Positions 1 to 10,307 of a stretch of DNA of 64,000 nucleotides are shown piece after piece (within the stretch, counting starts at the first letter, position 1; each line of letters starts with the position of its first letter). The notes under the pieces are model-generated. The model was not told the DNA's origin and ran no database searches. It worked only from the letters and a program-made list of their open reading frames with translations. This DNA is from a bacterium (GTDB taxonomy: Bacteria; Patescibacteriota; Minisyncoccia; Moranbacterales; UBA2206): positions 2,748-66,747 of the forward strand of contig JAYSLY010000014.1 in NCBI GenBank assembly GCA_043725085.1, given 5' to 3'. The translations under genes and the position numbers were made by a program.

Positions 1-51
1 TTTCCAATCCCATTAATCCCGTAAATAGCGATGAATTTCCCTTTTTGCATA

Positions 52-552
52 TTAGTAAATTATTTTGTATTTTAAAACAACTGAATCAGTATTAATCTTT
101 TCCACATTCAATAGCTTTAAGTTTAAATCAAAATCTCCCTTAAAAAGCGAAAGGCCTTCGCCAAATATCTTCGGTTCAATTGTAATATATATTTCGTCAA
201 CCATTTTATGTTCCAAAAACAAACCATTAAGAAATGCCCCTCCGCCGAGCACTGCTAAATCATAGCCCATTTTTTCTAATTCTTTGATGACATCTTCTGG
301 CTCGCCAGAAACCCACTTCACCCCGTCAATCAGCTTTGGATTTTTTTCCAGCGTGAAAACCACATTCAAACGATCTTTTAGTGGCGAGGGAAAAGTGAAA
401 AAGGTTTTATCTCCCATAATCACGACTCCTGCTTCTTTGGAAGTTTTGGCAAAAAAAATTTTATCTTCTTTGCTTGTCCAATCAGGAAAATGCTCACTTG
501 TTTTAGCAATTTTTCCATCCAGCGTCATTGCCATCATCATTATGATTTTCAT
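52..552 (-). CDS. folA: Dihydrofolate reductase (DHFR/RibD-C fold)
   Basis: N-terminal MAMTLDGKIA, IMGDKTF and LGGG motifs; directly downstream of thyA. Confidence 0.8.
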   Translation of the reverse strand: MKIIMMMAMTLDGKIAKTSEHFPDWTSKEDKIFFAKTSKEAGVVIMGDKTFFTFPSPLKDRLNVVFTLEKNPKLIDGVKWVSGEPEDVIKELEKMGYDLAVLGGGAFLNGLFLEHKMVDEIYITIEPKIFGEGLSLFKGDFDLNLKLLNVEKINTDSVVLKYKIIY

Positions 553-563
553 AGTTTTTATTT

Positions 564-1376
564 CTAAATTGCGATCGGTGCTTTAATTCCAGGATATGGA
601 TCATATCCGACTAATTCAAAATCTTCAAACTTAAAATCAAAAATATCCTTTACTTCCGGGTTAATTAACATCTGCGGTAATTTTCTCGGCTCGCGGGAAA
701 GTTGCAAATCAACTTGTTCAAAATGATTTTTATAGATATGCACGTCGCCCAGTGTATGGACAAATTCACCTGGTTGAAGTCCGCAAGCTTGAGCCATCAT
801 CATCGTCAGTAATGAGTATGAGGCAATATTAAAAGGCACTCCCAAAAATACATCGCAACTTCTTTGATAGAGCTGGCAAGATAATTTTCCATTAGCAACG
901 TAAAACTGAAATAATAAATGACACGGTGGCGGGGATGTTTTGGTCCCGCGCACCAATCCGCGTAAATCTCCGACATTCCAGCCACTGACCATAATGCGAC
1001 GTGAATCGGGATTTTTTCTAATCATTTCTTGCGCCTCAGCGATTTGATTGATTTTTATTCCATCATTAGCTTCCCAACGCACCCACTGCTTGCCATAGAT
1101 TGGTCCCAGCTCACCATTCTCATCCGCCCACTCATCCCAAATTGTCACGCCATGATCGTTTAGATATTTAATGTTTGTATCACCCTTCAAAAACCAAAGT
1201 AATTCATAGATAATTGATTTCAGATGGGTTTTTTTTGTCGTCACCAAAGGAAAGCCTTCACTCAAATCAAAGCGCATTTGGTAACCGAACAGGCTACGCG
1301 TCCCCGTTCCGGTCCGATCACTTTTATCAACGCCTTTTTCTTTAATCGTTTTTAATAAATCCAAATAATTTTGCAT
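564..1376 (-). CDS. thyA: Thymidylate synthase
   Basis: DRTGTGT, PPCH catalytic Cys, [14 protein letters not shown]. Confidence 0.97.
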   Translation of the reverse strand: MQNYLDLLKTIKEKGVDKSDRTGTGTRSLFGYQMRFDLSEGFPLVTTKKTHLKSIIYELLWFLKGDTNIKYLNDHGVTIWDEWADENGELGPIYGKQWVRWEANDGIKINQIAEAQEMIRKNPDSRRIMVSGWNVGDLRGLVRGTKTSPPPCHLLFQFYVANGKLSCQLYQRSCDVFLGVPFNIASYSLLTMMMAQACGLQPGEFVHTLGDVHIYKNHFEQVDLQLSREPRKLPQMLINPEVKDIFDFKFEDFELVGYDPYPGIKAPIAI

Positions 1377-1419
1377 AATTATTTTTTCTGTTTTTTACTA
1401 AATTAGCTTTTATTAAAAA

Positions 1420-1917
1420 TTACATATCCGCATAAGTCTGCATTTTTGCGTTGACTAAGTTATAGGCGATTCCGGCTTCTTGGAAAATTTCCTTACTTCT
1501 CTCTCCTGCATGATAATCTAAGTTACATACTACTTTTTTAATCCCAGCATTAATAATCATCTTGGCACAAGTATAGCAAGGGGTCATATGGCAATATAGC
1601 GTTGCCCCTTCCAATGAAATGCCAAAACGTGCGGCGTTTGCAATTGCATTTAATTCCGCATGGCTTGTTCTAATGCAATGCCGAGTTTCTTTGCCATCTT
1701 CATGCGTAACAGTGTGCATTTCATGGCCAATTTCGTCACAATGCTTTGTGCCAATCGGCGAACCGACATATCCTGTTGAAAGTATTCTTTTATCTTTGGC
1801 GATAACACAACCGGAACGACCACGATCGCAGGTGCCTCTTGAGCCTACTAATTCCACCAGGTTTAAAAAATATTCGTCCCAAGACGGTCGCCGATATTGC
1901 TCTTTTTCTTCTTCCAT
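1420..1917 (-). CDS. dCMP deaminase (ComEB family)
   Basis: RPSWDEYF, HAELNA and PCxxC zinc motifs. Confidence 0.9.
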   Translation of the reverse strand: MEEEKEQYRRPSWDEYFLNLVELVGSRGTCDRGRSGCVIAKDKRILSTGYVGSPIGTKHCDEIGHEMHTVTHEDGKETRHCIRTSHAELNAIANAARFGISLEGATLYCHMTPCYTCAKMIINAGIKKVVCNLDYHAGERSKEIFQEAGIAYNLVNAKMQTYADM

Positions 1918-1918
1918 A

Positions 1919-2476
1919 TTATTTTCCCTCCCCCAAATCTTTAATTATTTTATCCACTTGATGATAGAGCTCCAAAAATGTCCCTTCGTTGTTGACCACA
2001 AAATCAGCGTAATTTTTCAAATCCTTAATCTGCGACTCCGCTTCTCTTTGATGATCTGCCACAAATTCAGAATAAGGCTTGTGAGCATCATCGGTATTTT
2101 CTCGTCTATTGATAATCCGCTGATAGCGAATGTCGATATTCGCCTCAACATAGATTAATTTGAAACCTTCCAGGTTTTTGAGATATTTGATATCCGCCAT
2201 TCTGCGCACACCGTCAATTGCCACGATTTGATGCGAGTCTTCCTCGGCGTCATGCGCCACAACCATTGAGAGAATATCGTCATTGAAATTTTCGCGAAAA
2301 ATAGTGGAAATTTTTTGCAAATTTTCCCGACTTTCTTCCAAATGCATCCTTCTTGCCACGTCACGAAGCGCTGTTGAAAAGCGATGCGAGCTGCCTTTGT
2401 GTTTTTCTTCAATATGCTTTGCTAGTGTGCCCTTTCCGCTGGCAATCTCTCCGGCAATGCCCAAAATTATTTTCAT
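1919..2476 (-). CDS. P-loop nucleotide kinase (dNMP/dephospho-CoA kinase-like)
   Basis: GEIASGKGT Walker A, IDGVR; located in a thymidylate operon. Confidence 0.7.
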   Translation of the reverse strand: MKIILGIAGEIASGKGTLAKHIEEKHKGSSHRFSTALRDVARRMHLEESRENLQKISTIFRENFNDDILSMVVAHDAEEDSHQIVAIDGVRRMADIKYLKNLEGFKLIYVEANIDIRYQRIINRRENTDDAHKPYSEFVADHQREAESQIKDLKNYADFVVNNEGTFLELYHQVDKIIKDLGEGK

Positions 2477-2544
2477 GTCATTTTTCTTTTAGTGCTTATC
2501 TAGTTTTTATATTCTACTAGATTTAGCTTCGGGCGTCAAAAAAC

Positions 2545-2580
2545 AAAAAGCCATCAAGTGATTCCCCTGATGACTTTTTT
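2545..2580 (-). terminator. Probable intrinsic terminator after ftsX
   Basis: Minus strand GTCATCAGG...CTTGATGGC hairpin (with G-U pairs) followed by TTTTT. Confidence 0.55.
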
Positions 2581-2596
2581 GAAATTTGTCAAATGC

Positions 2597-3505
2597 CTAA
2601 ATTTTAAGATATTTTCTAATCGCAAACCAGCTGCTAATTGATCCCAGGAGCGCCCCGATCAGAAGTTGCATGCCAAAAATTACCACCAAATTAGAAAGAA
2701 AAAGTGAAATCATGTTGACACTTGGGATGAGATGCGTTGTGAAGCGCTCTGAGGACTTCAGGGCGATAAATAGCAGCAGTGTGGAGATAATTGAAGCGAC
2801 AAGGCCATAGATAATGCCTTCAAAAATAAACGGCAAACGGATGAAAGTATTAGACGCGCCGACCAAGCGCATCACTTCCACCTCTTTTCTGTGGGTATAG
2901 ATTGTGATCCGCACAGTATTAAAAATAATCAAAAGTGAAATAATTGAGAATAATCCCGCCACGCCCAATCCGATTTTTCGCACTTCCGCCACAATACTGT
3001 TCAGTCGATCAATCACTTCCTTATTTTTTCCATAATTTACCCGGCTAATGTCATCTTTAAAAGAAGCGTTTCCCAAATAGGCGCCCACCATTTCATACTG
3101 ATTTGGATCATTCGCCTGAATAATCAAATAGGAAAGCAACGGATTACCGCCAATTTCGTCCAATGATTGCAAAATTACCGGCTCTGAGGCACTATTTTTC
3201 TTGAAATTTTCCAAGGCTTGCTCTTTCGTGACATATTCCACTGATTTTATCTCGCTATAATTTTCCAGATCTTGTTTGGCTTTCAAGATTGATTCCTCAG
3301 GCACACTGGATTTGAAATAGACACTGACATTCACTTTCTCTTGCATATTTTGAAGAACATTATCCGCAGTGAGCACGATAACATAGAGAGAGCTGACAGT
3401 GAAGAGGCACAGAAGCATCACGCTAACCGCAGCCACACTCAAATAGCCATTGCGAAAAAAATTATTCCATCCGCCTTTGATTGTTCGTCTAATAGTTAGA
3501 AACAT
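2597..3505 (-). CDS. ftsX: Cell division permease FtsX
   Basis: 4 TM segments, NTVRITIYTHRKEVEVMRLVGA, PFIFEG. Confidence 0.93.
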   Translation of the reverse strand: MFLTIRRTIKGGWNNFFRNGYLSVAAVSVMLLCLFTVSSLYVIVLTADNVLQNMQEKVNVSVYFKSSVPEESILKAKQDLENYSEIKSVEYVTKEQALENFKKNSASEPVILQSLDEIGGNPLLSYLIIQANDPNQYEMVGAYLGNASFKDDISRVNYGKNKEVIDRLNSIVAEVRKIGLGVAGLFSIISLLIIFNTVRITIYTHRKEVEVMRLVGASNTFIRLPFIFEGIIYGLVASIISTLLLFIALKSSERFTTHLIPSVNMISLFLSNLVVIFGMQLLIGALLGSISSWFAIRKYLKI

Positions 3506-3510
3506 AGTAT

Positions 3511-4200
3511 TTAGGAAATCTTATATTTACCTTTTTCGTCATCAAAAATAACCCGACCTTTCTCGAGCACAACCACTCTCTTTGCCGCTTTATTTACGAT
3601 ATCTCGGTCATGACTAGCCAGCACAACTGTCGTGCCTAGTTTGTTAATTTTCAAAAGTAGCTGCATAATTTCCAAAGAAGAAACCGGATCAAGATTGCCT
3701 GTCGGCTCATCAGCGATGATTACTAATGGTTTGTGAATAAGCGCTCTTGCCATAGCAACTCGTTGCTGCTCCCCGCCGGAAAGTTCGTGGGGATATTTAT
3801 TTTGCTGATCTCCTAAGCCCACGATTTCCAATATTTGAGGTACATCCTCAAGAATTTCCTCTCGCGGTGCGCCACAAACTTCCAGGGCATAGGCCACGTT
3901 TTCAAATGCGGTTTTTTTGTTCAGCAATTTAAAATCCTGAAAAACTGTCCCGATATTTCTTCGATGCTCCGAGATGCGCCTTCTACTGATACTATCAAGA
4001 GGTTTTTCGGCAAAAAATACTTGCCCCTCGGTTGGAGCCTCTTCGGCATAAATCATCTTGAGGATTGTTGATTTTCCGGCACCACTCTGACCAACAATGG
4101 AAACGAACTCCCCTGCTTTGATTTCCAGATTAATATCCTCCAGCGCGATATAGTTATCTTTATAGATTTTCGAAACCTTATCAAACTTAATCATTGCCAT
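3511..4200 (-). CDS. ftsE: Cell division ATP-binding protein FtsE
   Basis: GQSGAGKST, LSGGEQQR, ADEPTGNLD; adjacent to ftsX. Confidence 0.93.
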   Translation of the reverse strand: MAMIKFDKVSKIYKDNYIALEDINLEIKAGEFVSIVGQSGAGKSTILKMIYAEEAPTEGQVFFAEKPLDSISRRRISEHRRNIGTVFQDFKLLNKKTAFENVAYALEVCGAPREEILEDVPQILEIVGLGDQQNKYPHELSGGEQQRVAMARALIHKPLVIIADEPTGNLDPVSSLEIMQLLLKINKLGTTVVLASHDRDIVNKAAKRVVVLEKGRVIFDDEKGKYKIS

Positions 4201-4238
4201 TTCTCTTTTTATTATTATTTCATTTGTAACCTCTTATA

Positions 4239-5331
4239 TTATACACCGCTTTTAAAATATTTCAAATAGCTTTCCATAAATTCTTTCAAATTCCCCGCTA
4301 AAACGTCGTCGACTTGAGCTGTTTCCCATTTAGTCCTGTGATCTTTGACTAATTTATAGGGATGAACAACATAGGAACGAATCTGACTGCCCCATTCCGC
4401 GCTCGACTTCTCGCCACGCAACTTTCTTTTTTCCGCTTCAACTTCTTCCAAATATTTTTTGTGCAATTTGGCAGTGAGAATTCGCATCGCTTGTTCCTTG
4501 TTTTGCAACTGACTCCTTTCATTTTGACACGAAGCCACCGTTCCCGTGGGAACGTGGGTAATCCGCACTGCGCTATCAGTCGTGTTCACGCTTTGCCCGC
4601 CAGCTCCCGAAGAACGATAAACATCCACCCGCAAATCCTCCGGATTGATTTTTACTTCCTTGATTTCTCCGATAATTGGCAGGATTTCTACGACTGCAAA
4701 AGAAGTTTGGCGCAGATTATCTGAATTAAAGGGCGAGAGTCGCACCAACCGATGCGTACCCATTTCACTTTTTAGGTAGCCATAGCTATAGGCACCAGCA
4801 ACTTCCAGCGTCGCGCTTTTTATTCCTGCTTCTTGTCCGCGCGTTTCATCAACAAGTTTCATCTTGAAACCATTTTTTTCACCCCATTTCAGATACATTC
4901 GCAAAAGCATTTCCGCCCAATCCTGCGCGTCCACGCCGCCGGCACCGGAATAGATATTCAAAATAGCGTCATTTGCATCATACTCTCCACCCAAAAGCGT
5001 CTTGAATTCCAGTTCTGAAATGGCCTTCTCCACTTCGACGATTTTTTGCTCCAACTCTTTTTCATCTTGCAACGTTTCAACCATTTTGGAAAATTCAATC
5101 AGCTCATCCAACTCTTTTTCCAAGCTTTCGAAAGAAGCTATTTCTGTGCTTAGTCTCTCCAATTCTCGCATAACTTGCGAAGCTTTTTGATTATCACTCC
5201 AGAAATCCGTCGCGCGCGACTGGTCCTCAAGCTCAAAAACTTTCTGTTTTTTTTGGGCTAAGTCAAAGACAGTCCCGAAGATTCGGGAGTTTATTTTTTA
5301 GCTCTTCGATTTTTTGAGTAAAGTTTTGCAT
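4239..5331 (-). CDS. prfB: Peptide chain release factor 2 with programmed +1 frameshift
   Basis: SPF and GGQ motifs; ATG at 5331 reads 22 codons to CTT-TGA-C (5268-5262), then the +1 frame continues into the 4239..5171 ORF. Confidence 0.95.
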
Positions 5332-5335
5332 GTTG

Positions 5336-6073
5336 TTATTCCACTAAGAGTATTCCTAACATTAACCCGATTCCGACTAAAAATGCAAGTACTTGAAAAA
5401 TCCCTTTTTTGGCTTCATTTTGCTTGTGAAGCTCCGGGATCAAATCTGTTCCTGCGACATAGATGAATCCGCCAGCCGCAAAAGGAATGAGAAATCGTGT
5501 TGGATCGATATTGGCATTAATTGCCAGCACTATCACAGCGCCAATTATCGCCACAAGAGCACTGAGAAAATTGTAGAGCAAAGCTTTTCCAACAGAAAAA
5601 CCGCCATACAAAAGCGACGCAAAATTACCAAACTCGTGAGGAATTTCATGAAAAATCACCGCTATGGTTGTGGCGATGCCCAAAGGCACGCTCACGATGA
5701 AACTTGCGGCAATCACCATTCCATCAATAAAATTATGCAATGCGTCTCCAACCAGAATTATGTAGGAAAAGGGATGCGGATGATCGGCACAAGGCTCCTC
5801 GTGGCAATGTCGCCAATGCAACACTTTTTCTAAAATAAAAAAAAGGAAAATTCCTCCCAGGATGTAGAGCGATGGCCAAATGTTGGAACTTTCACGAAAA
5901 GCATTGGGAATGAGATGGATAAAAGCATCGCCCATCAAAGTCCCTGCCGAAAGACTCACGAGATAAATCAAATATTTATATAATTTATTGCGGTCTATCG
6001 CAAGAGTAAAAACCCCGATAAGTGAAATCAGGCTAACAATGAAAACCGAGCATAAAGTATAAATCCAGAGCAT
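5336..6073 (-). CDS. ZIP family metal transporter
   Basis: HNFIDG and HEIPHE motifs, His-rich loop. Confidence 0.92.
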   Translation of the reverse strand: MLWIYTLCSVFIVSLISLIGVFTLAIDRNKLYKYLIYLVSLSAGTLMGDAFIHLIPNAFRESSNIWPSLYILGGIFLFFILEKVLHWRHCHEEPCADHPHPFSYIILVGDALHNFIDGMVIAASFIVSVPLGIATTIAVIFHEIPHEFGNFASLLYGGFSVGKALLYNFLSALVAIIGAVIVLAINANIDPTRFLIPFAAGGFIYVAGTDLIPELHKQNEAKKGIFQVLAFLVGIGLMLGILLVE

Positions 6074-6106
6074 AAAAAAATAAATGACACCTGCGTACGT
6101 ATAAAA

Positions 6107-6625
6107 TTATAAAAACCTTTTAATAAGTTCAATATGTCCCATCTCCGCTTGCATTATCGCGCCAAAAAACTTGCGCACATGTTCTTCTGATGCTTCGACT
6201 GCAAATTTTTTATACAGCTCAACAGCATGATCTTCCAACTCGATTGTTTTTTTGAAATTCTCCAAATCATCACTGGAACAATTTTCCGCTTTTATTTCCG
6301 GCATTGTAATGTTCAAAAGTTTGGTTGCGATAATCGCGTGCTCCAATTCCACTTTCGCCAAGCGCTTATACATTTTTACGATCTTATATTCCTTCGCTTC
6401 CCCCGCCATGCAAAGATAAATTGCATTTGCCCGTGTTTCCAGCGCCAATGTTTCCATGAGATTTTTTTTGGAAAGCTCGCTAATTTCAGTTTTAATTTCC
6501 GCTATCGGCTCGGCCTGCGATCCGTTTTTGATAAAATTTCCCTTTGCTCCGCAAAAAGGACAATCACTCGGCCGCTCTTCGCCAATATAGGCATCACCGC
6601 AAATTTCACAGATATATAGTTGCAT
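6107..6625 (-). CDS. Rubredoxin-like + ferritin-like (reverse rubrerythrin-type) protein
   Basis: N-terminal CxxC..CxxC followed by ExxH diiron motifs (ELEH, EMGH). Confidence 0.75.
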   Translation of the reverse strand: MQLYICEICGDAYIGEERPSDCPFCGAKGNFIKNGSQAEPIAEIKTEISELSKKNLMETLALETRANAIYLCMAGEAKEYKIVKMYKRLAKVELEHAIIATKLLNITMPEIKAENCSSDDLENFKKTIELEDHAVELYKKFAVEASEEHVRKFFGAIMQAEMGHIELIKRFL

Positions 6626-6667
6626 ATAGTTGAATTATTTAGTTATTTATTATATTATAAATTAGTT

Positions 6668-6716
6668 GCCATCTTAGCTCAGTTTCCGCCAGAGGCGGAC
6701 AGGGTCCGAGCGACGG
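6668..6716 (+). pseudogene. Partial 5' copy of tRNA-Thr interrupted by a palindrome
   Basis: GCCATCTTAGCTCAGTT and GAGCGACGG are identical to the tRNA at 6747; TCCGCCAGAGGCGGA sits in the D-loop position. Confidence 0.7.
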
Positions 6717-6746
6717 CCGATTGACGCATTTTTGAAAACCAGACAA

Positions 6747-6822
6747 GCCATCTTAGCTCAGTTGGTAGAGCGACGGTATCGTAAACCGTAGGTCATCAGT
6801 TCGATCCTGATAGATGGCTCCA
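6747..6822 (+). tRNA. tRNA-Thr(CGT)
   Basis: Acceptor stem GCCATCT/AGATGGC, anticodon arm ACGGT-ATCGTAA-ACCGT, GTTCGATC T-loop, encoded CCA. Confidence 0.95.
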
Positions 6823-6856
6823 AAATCTAAGCTTACGCAAAATAACCCCACACAGG

Positions 6857-8938
6857 TTACGGCGTCGTAGCATTGAGAATCACTTCGACTCTTTTTTCAT
6901 TCATCGGAATTTTGCTGACAAAAAGTTGTGGGAAATATTCCACTTCTGCTTTTTCTATGTTAGGATAGGTTTTCAAATATTCCCCCAACTCGTCATTATT
7001 TTTTCCCAAAATCCCTCTCTTTAAATTCCCCAAGTCAATATTGGGCTGCATAACATTCGAAGCATGCGTTTTTATCTCAATTGTTCCAAGTTTGAAATTA
7101 GCATTAGGCTTTCCATAATCAATAAGTACCGTTCCACTATCAATATTAATCTTGCCATTTCCCGATTTAGCAATAACAGAATTGGCAACTTTCTTAATAT
7201 CACTCTCGAAAAAAACCAACGCTCGCGCATGCGCCTGAACTTTAATTTCAAAACTATCGGCTGTCTCGCCTTCTGAATTTGAAACACGATACACAGGTTC
7301 ATCAATTACAATTGCGTCATCCAAAACTACTGTTCCGGCAGCTGATTCTTTTACCTTATCCTTAATCGCACTATTTATTTCCAAAGAAATCTTGTCCTTA
7401 GCACCACTAATATCTTTATCCGTCACTACCTTGACAGCATCGTTGCCATTGCCACCACCCGCCATCTTCATTTCCGATTTAGCATAAATTTTAGTGTATT
7501 TATCATTTCCGCTGCTTTTGAACCCGGGAATAGTGAAACTAGTTGCATCAATATTATAGCTATCTCCCGCTTCATCCGCAACAATGTCTGCTTCCACCAC
7601 GCCAGGCTTAGTTTCACTGCCAACCACAGTTGTGCCGGGAACAGTCACTCCTTGCACCAGACGAAACATTTTCTGATTGTCACTCAAAAATCTTGTCGTT
7701 GCCACAAGTGGTTGCGGTGAGGAGCTAAATTCATTATAGATAGTAATTTTCCCTTTGGCTTTTTGATTGGAAACATTTTTTGAGCCAGTAGCATCAAAAG
7801 TCTTTGCCACCTCCTCATCAAATTCCATCAGTTTTGCCGGAATAATTGATTTGTCATAATCAATACTATCCGCGTTCACATCTCCAGTGATTGTCATATC
7901 AGCTGATTTAACTTCTTTTTTAGCAAAAATAGTAACTGTTGCCTTAGGAACATAAATATAGGCAACATAAGCTAATCCCAAAACCAAAACAACCGCTCCC
8001 AAGATCGTAACCGCCTTCAAAAATCTCCCGCTCTTTCCATTCGCCTCCTGTTTGCTGGAATCATATTTTTCCCCATTTTTATCTGAAAAATTATTAGCAT
8101 AAAAAAAGTTTTCCAGCTGCTTGTCTCTTGGAATTTCTTTTTGCTTGGTTTCATAGTCACGTGAAACATTTTGATCATACCCTTTTCGCGTTTTGCTAAA
8201 AGGAATTTCTGAAAATTCTTCAGGTACCGGATAAGTGTCAATACTTGCTTTTTGAGCAGGCACAGCACTTCGCATAGACCTACCCGCATCATTACGTGAA
8301 GCATTGCGGGCAGGCCCGCCTGCATCGTTATGCGAAGCATTTCGGGCAGGAGCCGACACATCCATTGTAGCCATATTTCGTTTTCTTGAGGCACCGCCAT
8401 CGCTCAAATTGCCATTAGCCACAGCCATTGTTTTTTCACCAAGGCCGACTTCAGGCAAAACTTCTTTTTCTTTTATCCTGTCTAGTTCATTCCAGTCCGC
8501 TTTCTGATCAGAAAAACTGCTATCGCGACTACCGGTCGCAAAATATTCCGCGGAACCAATTTTTTCTAAATTTCTCTTGCTGCGAGAATTAGTATCTCCC
8601 AATTCAGCTGTTTCTATTTCTTTTTTAAATTCCCGCTTGGGCCGATCATCTTCATCGCTAGCATCCCGCAATTCTTCAAGGCTATCTTCCAGCTTTTGCT
8701 GAAGAGAAATTCCGGCTTTTTTAACAAGCATCTTACCTAATTTATCTTGAGTAACAATACTGATTTTGAGCCCCAAATCATCAGCGACCTTTCGTAGCAA
8801 TTTCAGATTAACAATGCTTTGGATAAGCAATGCTCTTTTTGGCACAACCATGACTGCTTCCGGTGCTTCAGTTTTTCTCAATTTTTCCACAATCGAAGTT
8901 ATCTCTTCATCGATGTCGATATAAAATGTTTGATGCAT
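6857..8938 (-). CDS. Single-pass membrane protein; cytoplasmic N-terminus, disordered linker, baseplate-J-like extracellular region
   Basis: One central TM; AKGKITIYN and ADEAGDSYNI resemble baseplate J-like segments. Confidence 0.5.
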   Translation of the reverse strand: MHQTFYIDIDEEITSIVEKLRKTEAPEAVMVVPKRALLIQSIVNLKLLRKVADDLGLKISIVTQDKLGKMLVKKAGISLQQKLEDSLEELRDASDEDDRPKREFKKEIETAELGDTNSRSKRNLEKIGSAEYFATGSRDSSFSDQKADWNELDRIKEKEVLPEVGLGEKTMAVANGNLSDGGASRKRNMATMDVSAPARNASHNDAGGPARNASRNDAGRSMRSAVPAQKASIDTYPVPEEFSEIPFSKTRKGYDQNVSRDYETKQKEIPRDKQLENFFYANNFSDKNGEKYDSSKQEANGKSGRFLKAVTILGAVVLVLGLAYVAYIYVPKATVTIFAKKEVKSADMTITGDVNADSIDYDKSIIPAKLMEFDEEVAKTFDATGSKNVSNQKAKGKITIYNEFSSSPQPLVATTRFLSDNQKMFRLVQGVTVPGTTVVGSETKPGVVEADIVADEAGDSYNIDATSFTIPGFKSSGNDKYTKIYAKSEMKMAGGGNGNDAVKVVTDKDISGAKDKISLEINSAIKDKVKESAAGTVVLDDAIVIDEPVYRVSNSEGETADSFEIKVQAHARALVFFESDIKKVANSVIAKSGNGKINIDSGTVLIDYGKPNANFKLGTIEIKTHASNVMQPNIDLGNLKRGILGKNNDELGEYLKTYPNIEKAEVEYFPQLFVSKIPMNEKRVEVILNATTP
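8279..8350. repeat. Two tandem 36-bp palindromic units in frame within a CDS
   Basis: 8279-8314 and 8315-8350, 29/36 identical; encode PARNASHNDAGG and PARNASRNDAGR. Confidence 0.85.
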
Positions 8939-8965
8939 AGCATTTCTCTTTACTAATTACTAAGC

Positions 8966-10234
8966 TTATTTCTGAATCATTTTCACTGCGCGCCTGAGGA
9001 TTCCTGCCAGCACTTTTTCCTCTCCAACCAATTCTATGACTAAATTTGCCAGACCCATTGGGGTAATATCTTGCGGATCTCGCAATTCCCTTGTCTCATC
9101 AAATATATTGACCACATCCTTTGGTTGCAGAAAACTTACCTCCACTTCCTTGGCAAAAGGCAAATTCTTCGTCCAAGTCGAGGTCGTGAGTGCTTTTTTG
9201 ACACCCGGCAATCCCGATCCTCCGCCACACAAAAATATCTTATTTGGCAACAAGTCATTCTCGGAAAATTCAGAGAGCGACAACTCCACTCCGGAAAGCC
9301 AGACGTTGCAATCATCGGCAAACATTTTTTCAATTTTTCCTGAAACATCCTTTCCTAGTTTCCCTTCGGCATACCTGATCTTGAAGCTTTCCGCTTCTTC
9401 AAAGCCTACACTCAATTCAACTGCTAATCTTTTCGTAAACGCTCTGCCGCCCAAAGCAAACATTTTTGTTCCCTCAAGACCGCCATTTCTTACGAGCGCA
9501 ATATCAGTTGTTCCGCCGCCGATATCAATGAAAATAGCACTGAAGTCCACAATATCATCCACGCCCATTGATTTTGCCACAGCATATGGTTCGGCTGCAA
9601 TAGAGAGAAGATCGAGCTTCAATTCATCCGCGATTGTTTGCAGTGCCCCCAGGTGCACCATTGGCGCATAGGCATTAAAGACAGAGATAGAAACATCTTT
9701 TCCCTGAAAACCCAAGGGATTAGTAATTTTATACCCGTCAATCCGCACATCCACAATTGCTGCGTTGATAAGTTTTACCTCGATTTCGTTATGTCCGGTT
9801 TCCCAGGCTAATTGTTGGCGGATACGATCAAAAGCCTTCCATTGAACTTTTTGAATAATATTTTTCAGTTCCGGAAAATCGATCCGCATTTCCGGTTTAA
9901 TTCTCTCATAGTGCACTGTCGTTGTCGTGCCTTTAACCAACTCACCGGCAATGCCCACAATCGCCTTTTCCACCTTTTTTATTCCCGCCATTTGTGTTGC
10001 CGCATCAATCGCATGTCGACAATTTTCAATCACCCCGGTGATGTCAGAAACGGCCCCGCTATGCATATCTTTCAGTCCTTGTCTCGCCCGTCCAACGCCT
10101 TTTATAATCCCTGTTCCGTTTTCTGCATCAACCTTAAAAACGAGAGCTTTCACCACTTCCGTTCCAATATCAAGCGACAGATAATAATCCGACGAAGATT
10201 TCCCTGTGCTAAAAATTTTAGAAAAAATTCCCAT
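8966..10234 (-). CDS. FtsA-like actin-family ATPase
   Basis: LDIGTE, IDIGGGTTD, LCGGGS motifs; start placed at ATG of MGIFSK. Confidence 0.8.
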   Translation of the reverse strand: MGIFSKIFSTGKSSSDYYLSLDIGTEVVKALVFKVDAENGTGIIKGVGRARQGLKDMHSGAVSDITGVIENCRHAIDAATQMAGIKKVEKAIVGIAGELVKGTTTTVHYERIKPEMRIDFPELKNIIQKVQWKAFDRIRQQLAWETGHNEIEVKLINAAIVDVRIDGYKITNPLGFQGKDVSISVFNAYAPMVHLGALQTIADELKLDLLSIAAEPYAVAKSMGVDDIVDFSAIFIDIGGGTTDIALVRNGGLEGTKMFALGGRAFTKRLAVELSVGFEEAESFKIRYAEGKLGKDVSGKIEKMFADDCNVWLSGVELSLSEFSENDLLPNKIFLCGGGSGLPGVKKALTTSTWTKNLPFAKEVEVSFLQPKDVVNIFDETRELRDPQDITPMGLANLVIELVGEEKVLAGILRRAVKMIQK

Positions 10235-10307
10235 TGAAAAAATTCTTTTTTGTATTTCACCCAACAGCTTTATTATAAAACAAAAGGTGATTTATTACAA
10301 ATAGAAT

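Noticed and set aside
6668-6746. Second functional or intron-containing tRNA
   Set aside because: No anticodon loop, T-arm or 3' acceptor strand follows
6857-8938. Prophage suggested by the baseplate-like domain beside a tRNA
   Set aside because: No integrase, capsid, terminase or tail genes; the protein is membrane-anchored among housekeeping genes
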